A stretch of 24,638 nucleotides of DNA, from positions 1 to 24,638 of the IMG/VR virus record IMGVR_UViG_3300026007_000036; one strand, written 5' to 3'. The notes under the pieces are model-generated. The model was not told where the DNA came from. It saw only the letters and a list, made by a program, of their open reading frames with translations, and did not search any database. This document shows, piece by piece, positions 24,540 to 24,638 of this stretch (its first letter is position 1; the number at the start of each line of letters is the position of its first letter). The stretch comes from a virus. Lineage: Duplodnaviria; Caudoviricetes. A program made the translations under genes and the position numbers.

Positions 24540-24638
24540 CTATATGCTAGCGGCAGCAGGTTCGGTGACGATCAGACGCCCCTGATCGTCGAAGGTTGGA
24601 TCAGCGAACTTGTTCCAACGTCGCATGAAAACACCCTC
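24540..24638 (-). CDS. C-terminal fragment, probably a phage family A DNA polymerase
   Basis: Reads EGVFMRRWNKFADPTFDDQGRLIVTEPAAASI*. The MRRWxK.A.P..D..GRL ending resembles phage PolA C-termini. Only 32 residues are visible. Confidence 0.55.
   Translation of the reverse strand, partial: EGVFMRRWNKFADPTFDDQGRLIVTEPAAASI

Noticed and set aside
24567-24590. 9-bp inverted repeat GACGATCAG/CTGATCGTC
   Set aside because: It lies inside the probable polymerase coding end and has no U-tract, so it may be chance.

Overview
GC-rich, densely coding fragment of a tailed dsDNA phage or prophage with a long non-contractile tail (no sheath gene; no terminase, integrase or lysis genes in the window). A long minus-strand virion operon runs from 19758 leftwards off the edge: XkdF-type prohead protease with a nested scaffold, head decoration protein, lambda-gpE-type major capsid, head-tail joining proteins, tail tube, G/G-T chaperones with a -1 frameshift at G_GGA_AAC, a 1461-aa tape measure, two paralogous beta-rich tail proteins, a repeat-bearing distal tail protein, BR0599-type hub, NlpC/P60, central tail tip protein and fibre genes. 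A PBSX/P2-type portal and an HK97-gp10-like gene form a two-gene plus-strand island divergent from that operon. At the right end is a minus-strand DNA metabolism block: probable PolA C-terminus, a structured ~170-nt promoter-to-terminator element, an exported trypsin-like protease, DUF5664, DUF4406-like and RuvC-like genes. The best candidate for an undescribed system is an array of seven alternating beta-strand motifs at the N-terminus of the distal tail protein. I hypothesise that these are donor strands that dock the two upstream paralogues. All family assignments come from motif recognition and gene order, not from database searches.
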